IMG/VR virus record: IMGVR_UViG_3300025264_002028
Location: 39,240-103,239 of that record
Source of the DNA: a virus
Length of the DNA: 64,000 nt
Strand: one strand, 5' to 3'
Both the position numbers and the translations under genes were made by a program. The notes below the pieces were generated by a model. The model saw nothing but the letters and a program-made list of their open reading frames with translations, searched no databases and had not been told where the DNA came from. Positions 40,736-50,555 of this stretch are shown here, one piece after another. The stretch's first letter is position 1, and every line of letters starts with the position of its first letter.

Positions 40736-41461
40736 TCAATTATTTCCTATGGTGTTTCTAAGTTCGGTTGCGTTGGGTATTAATTCATATTTAATATTAC
40801 CTAAATTAAATTTGTCAGCAGGCGAGAGGAATTGCTTCCACTGATCATTCTTTATGCGGCACTCTAGAAAATTACAAAGTCCAAGAAAATTTTTTTGCAC
40901 ATTTTCATTGTACCATTTTTCATAAGTTATATAATATGTCTGTTTACGTTGTGCCATTCTACGGTATATTTTTAAATTTTTATTCAGCAGCCTGTGCCTA
41001 TGGTTGACAAGACCCATAGGCATCGGGTCTCTCATGAGAGTATGGAAATCTGAAAAATCTTTTTTCGTATGACCACCTTCGGCCTTGTCCCATTCATTCC
41101 AAAATGAGTGTCCAGTTTTTTGTTTATAGTTAATAGACATCCATTCTGATAAAGCAACCTCCAGCTGGTCTTCTCTGTGTATAAAAACAATTTTGTGAGC
41201 GATGTCAAACAGTCTCTTCAAATCAGCCATTGGGATTTGGTGAGACAAATGTTTGATACCTTCGTTTGACATAGTTGCTAACATCTCAAATACAGATTCA
41301 ATATCCTCATGCACAATAAGGTTATCTGGCCCCTTTTTAATATTCTTGTTGCAGTCTGGATTAAAGGGTTCTACTAAAATATTAATGTCCGTAGACTTGT
41401 TTAAAGATTTGTTTATTGATGTACTTCCACATCTGGGAGTTGTTCCAAATAGTAATATCAT
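40736..41461 (-). CDS. sulfotransferase (Stf0-like)
   Basis: PAPS 5'-PSB loop TTPRCGST, EPFN, R...ALS, TYE. Confidence 0.75.
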   Translation of the reverse strand: MILLFGTTPRCGSTSINKSLNKSTDINILVEPFNPDCNKNIKKGPDNLIVHEDIESVFEMLATMSNEGIKHLSHQIPMADLKRLFDIAHKIVFIHREDQLEVALSEWMSINYKQKTGHSFWNEWDKAEGGHTKKDFSDFHTLMRDPMPMGLVNHRHRLLNKNLKIYRRMAQRKQTYYITYEKWYNENVQKNFLGLCNFLECRIKNDQWKQFLSPADKFNLGNIKYELIPNATELRNTIGNN

Positions 41462-41462
41462 G

Positions 41463-42434
41463 TTACCCGCTCACAATATATGATAACGACTTTACTAATG
41501 ATTGCGAAAACAAATGGCCACTAAGCCACCTTTTATCCATTTGCTTAAGATAAGTATGGGCTTTTATTATATTGTTAGTATTCGATAGCAATTGGGCCGC
41601 ATGATTAAGATTATTGAAATACAAGGGATAATCTTCTCCTAGGTATTCTACAACTGCGTCTATCTTATTTATTAGAATGGGAGTATTGCTGGCCACACAT
41701 TCAATTACGGCGTTATTAGCAGAACTATCGTACAGATCTAAAAAGACAACAGATGATGACATTAGATAGTCGTACTCTTCGTTTGTTACGGTGTCACATA
41801 TCGCCACTGAAGAGTCTTTAAATAGGTAGCTATGAGGCTGAGGTAGTAGTGACTTGTATTTATCAAATAAACCTATCGCGTGATCCTTCTCACTAGGAAG
41901 CCAAACTTTACAAAATTGTGGCGGCGATTGTAAATCAAATATGGATTCCAATTTTCTTAACCAATAACCTATTTGAATAATTTTTTTAGGGTGACAAGAT
42001 AAAAATTTAGAAGGTGACCATTTGATCAAAGGGATTCGTGTAGGATGCTTGATTGATATCACTGGCACCTCTACCCTTTTACGAAGCCACTTACCAAGAT
42101 ACTCCGATAGCGTAACAAAGCATTTACAGGTAGATAAAGATTCCTTAAATACCTGCCTATCCAGTATGGCCTGTGGCGAATTATATATTTCAAACCAATC
42201 AGGAGGATTTGGAGGATTATGTAAGAACCCAATCCAATCTTGTTTGTAGGGCAGATTGTGTGGATTGTTTCCACAGTAATATTCGTTTAGTTTCCATGAG
42301 AAACTTCTTTCCATGAAATCATCAAGAATAATACCCGCCTTAGAATGAAATGGACGCAGCGCGTTTATACAATAAGCCCATCCACTTCTATGATGAGTGA
42401 ACCCGCTGCACTGAGACAGGTTTAAAGATATCAT
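41463..42434 (-). CDS. glycosyltransferase-like protein
   Basis: HRSGW, QIGYWLR, SANNAVIECVASNTPIL (GT-B C-terminal-like). Confidence 0.6.
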   Translation of the reverse strand: MISLNLSQCSGFTHHRSGWAYCINALRPFHSKAGIILDDFMERSFSWKLNEYYCGNNPHNLPYKQDWIGFLHNPPNPPDWFEIYNSPQAILDRQVFKESLSTCKCFVTLSEYLGKWLRKRVEVPVISIKHPTRIPLIKWSPSKFLSCHPKKIIQIGYWLRKLESIFDLQSPPQFCKVWLPSEKDHAIGLFDKYKSLLPQPHSYLFKDSSVAICDTVTNEEYDYLMSSSVVFLDLYDSSANNAVIECVASNTPILINKIDAVVEYLGEDYPLYFNNLNHAAQLLSNTNNIIKAHTYLKQMDKRWLSGHLFSQSLVKSLSYIVSG

Positions 42435-43300
42435 ATTATCTTTCTGCCTAACATTCCTTCAAAAAAGCCCACTTGGTATTTACACTTAAGAAATACTAAC
42501 TTTTCAGCATAGCTATAATTTGTTTCCTCGTCATCAGACAGTAGCCAACGAGGAGATGTATTATCAAACATTTCTGGAGATTCAATAAATCTATGCCATG
42601 TTTCTGCCAGTCTTTCCTTGTCTGTCTTATAAGATATAAGTATACCGTCTTGATATCCTAAGTCATAATAATATTCAGAAATACTTTCTATATCAAATTC
42701 AGCCTCTGATATAAAATATATACTCTTTAAAGAAGACGAATGTATTATCCGGCCCTTTGTGGACATCATTTTTATAAAATGTTTATTATTGCGTAAATAT
42801 CCTCTAGGAGAAGCGATTGGTGTATAGCCACCTATTTCATTGTATATTCTACCAGAAAAGAAGCATCCATTAATGGGCGGAAAATTATGTTCTTCATCTG
42901 ATATGTCAATCAACAACATCTCTTCTGTAACTGGTATACTATAGTTTTTATAATTTTCCTCAATCGCCTTTGTAAACCAATCGGAATTATTTTTATGCCG
43001 AGTACAAATTGGTCCACATAACACGGCTGCATCTCTATGTAAATTATTTATAGAAACAACAGCCGCCAAATAATCACTTCTAATAAACATATTTTCATCT
43101 AATATACCCACTAACGAAGCATCACTAGTTGTAGGGATATTCTCTACATCTACAAGAGTAACTATAGCATCAATACCAAATTGGGTAGCTTGTTTTTGAA
43201 GGGAGTCTGTACACGATTCCAAAACGGTGTCCTTTTGTCGTATACTGTTTTCCTTAACTGTATGTTTGTTTGGTATAACAAATATTTCAATTTGTTTCAT
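42431..43300 (-). CDS. divergent GT2-like protein
   Basis: GILDEN, LCGPI, EIGGY. Confidence 0.5.
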   Translation of the reverse strand: MKQIEIFVIPNKHTVKENSIRQKDTVLESCTDSLQKQATQFGIDAIVTLVDVENIPTTSDASLVGILDENMFIRSDYLAAVVSINNLHRDAAVLCGPICTRHKNNSDWFTKAIEENYKNYSIPVTEEMLLIDISDEEHNFPPINGCFFSGRIYNEIGGYTPIASPRGYLRNNKHFIKMMSTKGRIIHSSSLKSIYFISEAEFDIESISEYYYDLGYQDGILISYKTDKERLAETWHRFIESPEMFDNTSPRWLLSDDEETNYSYAEKLVFLKCKYQVGFFEGMLGRKII

Positions 43301-43698
43301 ATTTTATTCCCATACCGATCACGGCCTTGTAAATTATCAATTTCATCCCATACCTGTGTCCAGCCTTCCTCGCTATTTCCATTAACTCTTGCAGCCTTAT
43401 CATCAATATACATTACTCCCGCTGGTTTTCCCATAAATGCATGATGATATTTTACACCATGCTTAGCCAACCAATCAGTCCACTCTCTATACCCTCGTTC
43501 GTATTGTTTATGAAGGTTACCCTTTTCCCTATCTCCATATCTAGCAGTATAAAGAGTAATCTTATATCCCATATCATATAACTTATTAACTTGAGCTATA
43601 CCGTGAAGCAACGGCCCAGCTTTTGCATATTCTCCACCATGTGCTTTGTCGGCTATCACACCATCACAATCTACTATAAGTGTTTGTTCGGATGACAT
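43297..43698 (-). CDS. HAD-family phosphatase (capsule biosynthesis type)
   Basis: DCDGV, YTAR, GKP, YIDDKA. Confidence 0.85.
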   Translation of the reverse strand: MSSEQTLIVDCDGVIADKAHGGEYAKAGPLLHGIAQVNKLYDMGYKITLYTARYGDREKGNLHKQYERGYREWTDWLAKHGVKYHHAFMGKPAGVMYIDDKAARVNGNSEEGWTQVWDEIDNLQGRDRYGNKI

Positions 43699-43699
43699 A

Positions 43700-44341
43700 T
43701 TAATCCTCCCATTCCAGTGCTGCTGACACGTTAGAAAAGTTTTCTTGAAATATTTTTTTGATTCCGTTTGCGACCTCCCTATGTTCCTTTTGTGTCTCCT
43801 CCTTACATCTTAGTTGCAAGTAATGTACCCAACTCCTAATACTTCCTTTCATATACATAGTAGTCTGTATTCCCAATGGAAGAATCATTCTAGCGGATTC
43901 TTTTGCTACACCCATAGCAATCATGTCACCATAAACCTGAAGACATCTATCCATTGCTTGTTTTGCATGGGCGTGCCATTTTTGATCAGCAATATCCGTA
44001 CTACTCTGCCGATTACTTTTGGCTTGGTTACGCAGTTCTAGGTCCTCTATTTCTTGGGCTACTGAATATCTTTGGGAAAATTCTTGGAAAGAAAAAGAGC
44101 GATGCCGCAAAATTTGTGCGGCTATCGCCCTACTAGTTTTTATCTCCACGCACATATCTACCATTTCAAATGGAGACCAGTGCTTATGTTTAATTAAATA
44201 TTTAATAAGACGAGGAGCAGTTTCATTGTTAGACTGATTTTCAGGATTACTGACCCTAGCACAATATACTATCAGCTCCTCTGGCAAAGCTAGATCTTCA
44301 ATTAACGGAGCTGTTATACTAACGAGCTTTACTTCCATCAA
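43700..44341 (-). CDS. thyX: flavin-dependent thymidylate synthase
   Basis: HWSPFE, RHRSFSFQEFSQRY, ESARMILP, TQKEHR. Confidence 0.95.
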   Translation of the reverse strand: MMEVKLVSITAPLIEDLALPEELIVYCARVSNPENQSNNETAPRLIKYLIKHKHWSPFEMVDMCVEIKTSRAIAAQILRHRSFSFQEFSQRYSVAQEIEDLELRNQAKSNRQSSTDIADQKWHAHAKQAMDRCLQVYGDMIAMGVAKESARMILPLGIQTTMYMKGSIRSWVHYLQLRCKEETQKEHREVANGIKKIFQENFSNVSAALEWED

Positions 44342-44674
44342 TTAGTCCTCAGTATCATCTTCCTCTTCTACATTTAAACCTAACGCCACTATTTTTTGAT
44401 ACCAATATCTTTCATTACTCTTATCGTTTACTGGGCCACCAGTATTATTATTAAAATGTGATCTAAGGAGATGTAGTTGCACTACAGTTCCTTGTGGATT
44501 TTTAGCGTGGACGATATATCCATCGTCTGTTGCATGGGGAAGGTTGAGTTTTACGGGATCGCCGCCGAACTCACCATCTTCTACATCCTCATCCCATTCG
44601 TCATTATGTACAACCACAGGGACCTCAGGTACGGGCTCGTTCGGTTCACGATGCCACTCAGGAAAGACAGACAT
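44342..44674 (-). CDS. hypothetical acidic protein
   Basis: SD AAGGAG; 110 aa. Confidence 0.6.
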   Translation of the reverse strand: MSVFPEWHREPNEPVPEVPVVVHNDEWDEDVEDGEFGGDPVKLNLPHATDDGYIVHAKNPQGTVVQLHLLRSHFNNNTGGPVNDKSNERYWYQKIVALGLNVEEEDDTED

Positions 44675-44692
44675 ATCATTCTCCTTTTATTT

Positions 44693-44929
44693 TTAAGTTT
44701 TTCCCTTATATACTAAAACAACACCGTCTTTTTTATACAAACCTCTTCGTGTATAAGTAAATACTTCGCCTGTTTTAGGATTTCGGTATTTATAGTCAGC
44801 ACTTGACTCTTCCTCACACATAGATGCTTGATATTCTTCATCAGCCTTTTCAAAAAGACTTTTAGATTTTTTCCTATATCTCCATAAAATCCGATCGTTT
44901 TCATTTTTGCTTGGCGTTGGTAGAGGCAT
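44693..44929 (-). CDS. MPLPTP-family protein, internally shortened paralog
   Basis: N-terminus matches 46688-47290. Confidence 0.6.
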   Translation of the reverse strand: MPLPTPSKNENDRILWRYRKKSKSLFEKADEEYQASMCEEESSADYKYRNPKTGEVFTYTRRGLYKKDGVVLVYKGKT

Positions 44930-45027
44930 AGCTTTCTCCTCTAAAAGTTATACTGAACTAGATAACTCATTGAATCGCAATAGCCATCGTCACACTCTAT
45001 ACTAGACATAAATTCCAAATTTAGCAA

Positions 45028-46263
45028 CTATTTTTTTCCCCAACCCTCTCGTAATACACGTAAGGCATTACCCCCTAGTATGTGTTCCATCTGTTTTTCC
45101 GTGTACCCTAACGCGCATAAATAACTCGTAAGTCGAGGCATTTCTGACATATCTACAATTTCGTCTGGAGGATCAGTAAACCCATCCAAGTCACTACCTA
45201 TTCCTACTACTTCTATTCCACCTACATTTATCATATGATTAATATTATTTTCTATATGCTTTAATCCTAATCCACTGTGCGAATTAGATAAATAATAAGT
45301 CATCAGTATTACACCAATAACCCCTCCATTATCAGCAATCCATTTAATTTCTTTATTGGTTAGGTTGATAGGGTCACGGTTAATATCAAAGGAGGCCATG
45401 TGACTAGCTATAATACAATTCTTTTTGCGATGGTGCTTGGCGATATCCATAACCTTAGCTCTGGCACTGGGCGTACAGTGTGTGATGTCTATCAGCATCC
45501 CCAACTCCAGCATTCTTTCTACTACCTTTTCGCCTATGGATGTCAACCCTTTATTCATATCCCAACTGCCAGTTACTTTACGCCAGTCAAGCATCTTGCT
45601 AGAATATTCTGGATAAGGAAACACGGGATAAGCCACATGGTTAGGATAGAAATGAGCCAAAGTGAGATAGGCCACACCCCGATTGAAAAGGTATACCAGA
45701 TTAGATAATAATTCTTTTTCAACTGAATCGGCACACGCTCCATCTTCCACGGTTTTTCCGCCCTCTATACCATTAAGAGAATGGGCTCCTTCCACAGAAT
45801 GCACAACACACATATCTCCAGCCTCAAGACCTTGGTTCAATGTTGAAACAGAATCAGACAAACATACTTTTCTAGAAGGCTTCTTCTTGTTATATGAAAT
45901 AATCTGACGTTCCATTTCATCTAACATAAAATTTGTAGCATCAAAATAGGGAGGATCTACGATGGCGCGTCGTACACTGGGGAATATTCTAAAGAGCCAC
46001 CTTATAAGGGAGATTTCTTTAATCCACTCTTGTTCTAAAATATAAGCAGTAGATAGTATTACATCTACACCACCCTTGTCCATCTTGGGAAACGTAACTC
46101 GATTACTAAGTGGCCAAAATTTCTTGTCAAACATTCTAGATAGCCAATTTCTTTTGGATGAGTCTAGACTGATTTCCAAAATAATAGCCTTGAGGGCTGG
46201 ATGCGTATGTAGATCTACAAGCGTAGATTCTTTATGTAGATTTTGCCAGTTCATATCAATCAC
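45028..46263 (-). CDS. membrane dipeptidase (peptidase M19)
   Basis: DLHTH, VEGAH, LTLAH, IDITH, ASH, IGSDLDG. Confidence 0.92.
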   Translation of the reverse strand: MIDMNWQNLHKESTLVDLHTHPALKAIILEISLDSSKRNWLSRMFDKKFWPLSNRVTFPKMDKGGVDVILSTAYILEQEWIKEISLIRWLFRIFPSVRRAIVDPPYFDATNFMLDEMERQIISYNKKKPSRKVCLSDSVSTLNQGLEAGDMCVVHSVEGAHSLNGIEGGKTVEDGACADSVEKELLSNLVYLFNRGVAYLTLAHFYPNHVAYPVFPYPEYSSKMLDWRKVTGSWDMNKGLTSIGEKVVERMLELGMLIDITHCTPSARAKVMDIAKHHRKKNCIIASHMASFDINRDPINLTNKEIKWIADNGGVIGVILMTYYLSNSHSGLGLKHIENNINHMINVGGIEVVGIGSDLDGFTDPPDEIVDMSEMPRLTSYLCALGYTEKQMEHILGGNALRVLREGWGKK

Positions 46264-46684
46264 TGAATAAGATATTTAAGTTACCCCGAACAGTTGTTTC
46301 AACATCTTCCAAATGATCATCAGACATTGGATATAGAAAGGGAGAAACCTCGGCTCGCACCTCCGTGGGAGCGTCAGGAATCCATTCCAAATCTTTTACG
46401 GTAAGAACCACAGAAGCTCCCTTAGATTTAAAGTCGTGCCCTTCGATTTCATTTACAGACGTAATAGATACATGTACATCATCAGTGTATTTAGGGTTCC
46501 ATACCTTACCGTCTTTATTCCACAGCGGAAGACTGCCCCTCCATTCGTTCTGAGTGGGACCAAGAATTTCACTGACATATGGTACACCGCTAGGCATTAA
46601 TCCTAAAACGTTTATTTCAAATTCCTGATGATGAATACCAGAAGGCGGCACCCACTGCACATGTATCTCTGGATATTTTCTCAC
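46256..46684 (-). CDS. hypothetical protein (beta-rich, FN3-like?)
   Basis: VQWVPP...PDAPTEV pattern; weak. Confidence 0.5.
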   Translation of the reverse strand: MRKYPEIHVQWVPPSGIHHQEFEINVLGLMPSGVPYVSEILGPTQNEWRGSLPLWNKDGKVWNPKYTDDVHVSITSVNEIEGHDFKSKGASVVLTVKDLEWIPDAPTEVRAEVSPFLYPMSDDHLEDVETTVRGNLNILFSD

Positions 46685-46687
46685 ATT

Positions 46688-47290
46688 TTACCTTTCGTAT
46701 TTAACATCTTTCTTGTCTTCTCTTTTATCTTTCTCCAAATCTCGAATTTCTCTTTCGATATTTTTGATAGCGTCCTTGTGATGCTTTAGGCGTTCACGAA
46801 GTGTTTCACTATCCATTTCTTTCTTGTCTTGATGATCTTCGTCTCGATCTAGTCTTTCATGTCTTTGACGATCAGAAGCATCTCTCTTGTCGTATCGCTC
46901 GTCTTTTTTCAGATCTTTAGTTTCTCTTTCTTTCTTATCAGAAGGAGGATCTTTTTTAAGCTTTTTGAGTTTTTCTTTATCGTCTTTTATAGCGTCCTTT
47001 TCATGTTCTTTTTTTTCTTTTTTGGTATCACGTTTGAGTTCTTTTCTATCAATTTTATCCCAATCTTTTTTGGTTTTGCCTGATGTGCCATCAAGCTCTT
47101 CACTATATTTAGTAGCTCTATATTCATCATCAGTTTTACCGAGAAGGCCTTGAGATTTCTTTTTTCTGAATTGACTCATACAAATAGCAATCGCTTGCTT
47201 ATTATCTTTAGCCTCTTTGCTGGCAATAGGCATACATCTTTGCACAAAATCAGATTCTTTTTCGTTTTTGTTAGGTGTTGGTAGTGGCAT
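46688..47290 (-). CDS. MPLPTP-family protein with a highly charged K/D/E/R tail
   Basis: MPLPTPNKNEKESDFVQRCM...QAIAIC domain plus low-complexity charged region. Confidence 0.7.
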   Translation of the reverse strand: MPLPTPNKNEKESDFVQRCMPIASKEAKDNKQAIAICMSQFRKKKSQGLLGKTDDEYRATKYSEELDGTSGKTKKDWDKIDRKELKRDTKKEKKEHEKDAIKDDKEKLKKLKKDPPSDKKERETKDLKKDERYDKRDASDRQRHERLDRDEDHQDKKEMDSETLRERLKHHKDAIKNIEREIRDLEKDKREDKKDVKYER

Positions 47291-47291
47291 A

Positions 47292-47963
47292 TCAGATTCC
47301 TTTTAGTAAGTGCTGTTTAACATTATTCCACAGTACGTTTGCTAGAACTACACCAGCATCGTTATCAGAAGCATAATGAACTCCCTGTAAAACTCTCGCA
47401 TAACCCGCTAGTAATCCCATCCTGTAGAACTCAGGTGCATGTTCTGGGTATATATCGCTCAGTATAGAAGCCACCAGAGCACCATAGGCAGCATGACCAG
47501 AAGGATAAGCGGGAGTTTGATGAGTATCAGTATTAATAATATCTAGAGGGATATTAAAAATTTTAGCCAGCTGATAAGGACGTGGTCGTGAATACTGCCA
47601 TTTTAATTGAATGGCGACAATTTCTAAGATATCGTTAGCTTTCTTAAATATATTATGAGGAAAAGAAAGGTTGTGTTTCTTTAAGAATGGCAGAAATAGA
47701 TCGATGGGATCTTTATCCACGAGCTTTATAAGATCTATATCTAATTTTGTACGATTACTCGTAGCCTCAGATACGTTTTTAAGCTCATTTCTGGTGATAT
47801 CACTATCGTTTTGAGGAGGGGCTGGAAGGATATTTTTCCAGTCAATAGTGACAAGTTGAGATACACTTTTACGCAACAACCTACGGTAATGTGCGCTAGG
47901 TGGATAAGTGTATTTAATATTATTTATGTAGCCGCTTTCGGCGAGTAGGATCTGTTCTTCCAT
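47292..47963 (-). CDS. PAP2 superfamily phosphatase/haloperoxidase-like
   Basis: KWQYSRPRP, YPSGH, RVLQGVHYASD. Confidence 0.9.
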   Translation of the reverse strand: MEEQILLAESGYINNIKYTYPPSAHYRRLLRKSVSQLVTIDWKNILPAPPQNDSDITRNELKNVSEATSNRTKLDIDLIKLVDKDPIDLFLPFLKKHNLSFPHNIFKKANDILEIVAIQLKWQYSRPRPYQLAKIFNIPLDIINTDTHQTPAYPSGHAAYGALVASILSDIYPEHAPEFYRMGLLAGYARVLQGVHYASDNDAGVVLANVLWNNVKQHLLKGI

Positions 47964-48156
47964 AGTCTATTTCCATTTCGATAATATCACCTTTTTGTTG
48001 GGTGCCACAAAATGGACATACAAATATGTATGATCTGCCAGATTTTGTTTCAACAATATCTACAAGATTACATAGTCTGGAATCGTATTCAGTCTTACAA
48101 GAACTACAATATAATCCATACTGACTGTGATTTATGTACGTGTCAAACTGGCTCAT
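47920..48156 (-). CDS. small zinc-ribbon protein
   Basis: CSSC...CPFC. Confidence 0.65.
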   Translation of the reverse strand: MSQFDTYINHSQYGLYCSSCKTEYDSRLCNLVDIVETKSGRSYIFVCPFCGTQQKGDIIEMEIDYGRTDPTRRKRLHK

Positions 48157-48196
48157 AGTTTCACCCCCATTTTAATATATACACAAATTATGACTT

Positions 48197-48748
48197 TTAA
48201 CCAAATACATCCTGAATTATACTTCCCGCATCTGTATAAGATTTATCCTTGAGAAACCCCTTTACTGTGTCAGTGGCTTCTTTTTTGCGAAAACCAAGGG
48301 AAGTAAGGCCCTGAATTGCTTCCCGTGCCACCTGCGGGGGTGTATTATGCTTTGGTTGAGAGGGAGTCTCTACCTTTGGTTTGGGAGTAGCTTTTGGTTT
48401 CGCAGACACTGGCTTTGAGGGTGCTCGTTTTGGTTTCGAAGAAGCGGTCTTCGGTGGCCTTTGTTTGGTCACGGGTGAAGATTTAGGAGTTTTTGATGGA
48501 GACTTAGGTTGAAATACATTTTCTGTAACCCAGTCTCTAGCATCAGCATCTCCGTTAATAGCATTCTGTATGGTACGCTGTTTAATTTGTGTCCACGCTT
48601 CTGTTTCTGATTCAACAGAATTGTACTGACCAGATTCTATGTTTGACAGAATAGCTCCTACAAAATACAAAACTATAGGCACAAGAAGAGCAGCCGTAAA
48701 AATAAAAAGCAGATCAGAATTCCATGTCCCAATATTTTCCATTATCAT
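48197..48748 (-). CDS. membrane-anchored protein with Pro/Lys linker and RuvA C-terminal-like domain
   Basis: TM segment; EAIQGLTSLGFRKKEA...IIQDVF. Confidence 0.65.
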   Translation of the reverse strand: MIMENIGTWNSDLLFIFTAALLVPIVLYFVGAILSNIESGQYNSVESETEAWTQIKQRTIQNAINGDADARDWVTENVFQPKSPSKTPKSSPVTKQRPPKTASSKPKRAPSKPVSAKPKATPKPKVETPSQPKHNTPPQVAREAIQGLTSLGFRKKEATDTVKGFLKDKSYTDAGSIIQDVFG

Positions 48749-48780
48749 TTTTCCCTAAATCGTGTACCAGAACCCAAATA

Positions 48781-49116
48781 TCAGACACTAAAGCTTTCCC
48801 CGCAGCCACAGGTGCGACTTGCGTTAGGATTGTTAAAGGTAAAGCCTTGTTTCATAAGGTCATTATACCAGTCGATAGTCGTGCCGTCTATATATAATTC
48901 AGATTTTTTATCAACTATAACTGTGATGCCATCCTGATTATATTTATTGTAGATATCTTCTGTATATTCGCTTTTATCAACAAAAGAAAGTTTATAATCA
49001 AATCCTGCACATCCTCCTCCTGCTACTCCTATTCGAAGATAGGGATCGGAATCATATGAAGCATCTTTCATGACTCGTTTTACTTCTGTGACTGCCGCAT
49101 CGCTAAGACTAATCAT
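48781..49116 (-). CDS. iscA: A-type Fe-S cluster carrier (HesB/IscA/ErpA)
   Basis: LRIGVAGGGCAG, FNNPNA, CGCGESF. Confidence 0.93.
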   Translation of the reverse strand: MISLSDAAVTEVKRVMKDASYDSDPYLRIGVAGGGCAGFDYKLSFVDKSEYTEDIYNKYNQDGITVIVDKKSELYIDGTTIDWYNDLMKQGFTFNNPNASRTCGCGESFSV

Positions 49117-49535
49117 TTACCAACTCCTTCAAAGATATTACCCACGACAGTTTTCTCGGCTTCATCCATGTTAATCCGATCTCCACCGGATAGAAGACAC
49201 GCATAAAACATGCAGGCATCTTGATCCCATTTTACAACCATCGTCTCCTGTGAAGCCCAATGGTCAGAAAGAATCAGATCCCCCTCATAAATCTCAACAC
49301 CATTCTTATCTTTGAGTCCGGTGTATTGTTGAACAACATAATTCTCTGAATCTTCAACATTGGCAGCACCATTACCATACCCCTCATGGCACAAAAAACC
49401 ATCGTGAGAAATTGCCAAAAAGTCTCCACTGTCTTTATACTTTACTGGTCCTTTTCCGTATTCCCAATCCTCTTGAGACATTGTTACATATTTATTAGTT
49501 GGTTTGTGCCAAACCCTAAACTTTAGAAGTCTCAT
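49113..49535 (-). CDS. YopX family protein
   Basis: KFRVW, QYTGLKDKNGVEIYEGD, VVGNIFE. Confidence 0.92.
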   Translation of the reverse strand: MRLLKFRVWHKPTNKYVTMSQEDWEYGKGPVKYKDSGDFLAISHDGFLCHEGYGNGAANVEDSENYVVQQYTGLKDKNGVEIYEGDLILSDHWASQETMVVKWDQDACMFYACLLSGGDRINMDEAEKTVVGNIFEGVGK

Positions 49536-49693
49536 TTGTCAATATCCTCTGCCCAATCTGAAAATAATAAATCACTATACCAATCTGCTTTTAAGAAACC
49601 CAGCGAAAAAACAGTAACTAAAGACTCTATAATTCGCACCAAATGCAATACAACAAACTTACCTTTTCTTCGACATTTAGTTTTTTTAATCAT
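49532..49693 (-). CDS. small hydrophobic protein (53 aa, not in ORF track)
   Basis: MIKKTKCRRKGKFVVLHLVRII...AEDIDK*; overlaps both neighbours. Confidence 0.6.
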   Translation of the reverse strand: MIKKTKCRRKGKFVVLHLVRIIESLVTVFSLGFLKADWYSDLLFSDWAEDIDK

Positions 49694-49907
49694 TTTCTAT
49701 CCAACTAGGAGGATACCAACTGTGAGCATCATCTTCCGCAATAAACTCTTTAATTTCAACAAAATCATGGTTAGATTCTTCACAGTCAACCGCCTGCCAT
49801 TCATCGTAATGGTCAGACCATTCCCACCACTCGTCTGCGATATTTTGAATATAACACAGGTCAGTTTTTTTGTCAACAAACATTTTCCAATTAATTAGGT
49901 TTTCCAT
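49686..49907 (-). CDS. hypothetical acidic, Trp-rich protein
   Basis: ATG 49907 right after a junction motif. Confidence 0.65.
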   Translation of the reverse strand: MENLINWKMFVDKKTDLCYIQNIADEWWEWSDHYDEWQAVDCEESNHDFVEIKEFIAEDDAHSWYPPSWIEND

Positions 49908-49908
49908 C

Positions 49909-50367
49909 TTATTTGTCAACTCCTTCAAAGATATTTCCAACTACTTCCCAAGATTTATCAGGAGGGCAACCGTAATAAAATTCTATTTCTGGCAGTTCTC
50001 CATCCTCTCCCTTTTCTGCATAAACCCATCCTTCTTTTTTATATGGGACGTATTGATATTGTAAAAGATTCCAACCAAGAATACCACCATAGTTTCTATC
50101 ATTAAAGTCAACTAGACCTCTTTCTCGTCGTCTTTCTACTATATCCCCTTCATAAATCTCTACTCCATTCTTATCTTTAAGTCCGGTGTATTGCTGCACA
50201 ACAACGTGATCAGACACGTCTTCTTTTACAAGACCAGAAGTGAACATGCCACCGTGATCGTTCCCAAGCAGTACTACCATCAGTCGTGCTGTCAGAACGT
50301 CATGCCCTAGTTCATGTCTAAATTTATTGACTCGTTTATCCCAAAAACGAAATTTAATCTCCCTCAT
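49909..50367 (-). CDS. YopX family protein
   Basis: REIKFRFWD, QYTGLKDKNGVEIYEGD, EVVGNIFE. Confidence 0.92.
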   Translation of the reverse strand: MREIKFRFWDKRVNKFRHELGHDVLTARLMVVLLGNDHGGMFTSGLVKEDVSDHVVVQQYTGLKDKNGVEIYEGDIVERRRERGLVDFNDRNYGGILGWNLLQYQYVPYKKEGWVYAEKGEDGELPEIEFYYGCPPDKSWEVVGNIFEGVDK

Positions 50368-50555
50368 TTATCAACTCCTAAAAAATTTCTACCTGCTGTA
50401 GACCAATTTTCTATTCCCATGCAAATAACCTCGCCACCGACCTGAATACCAATTATTCCGTCTTTGGTTACATGTATTGAGGGCGAATAAAAGTCTTCGT
50501 TGTCCTGCCTCCAAAGTTCTATATCACTATTGGCTTTAGGTTCGTCAGAACTCAT
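50364..50555 (-). CDS. hypothetical protein
   Basis: ATGA-coupled; ends GVDK. Confidence 0.65.
   Translation of the reverse strand: MSSDEPKANSDIELWRQDNEDFYSPSIHVTKDGIIGIQVGGEVICMGIENWSTAGRNFLGVDK

Noticed and set aside
46860-47080. Low-complexity purine-rich stretch as a tandem repeat
   Set aside because: Explained by Lys/Asp/Glu/Arg codons; no regular repeat unit.
49532-49926. TTGACA within two junction motifs as promoters
   Set aside because: No convincing -10 at 16-18 nt spacing; the hexamer arises from GTT/ATT GAC AAA coding.
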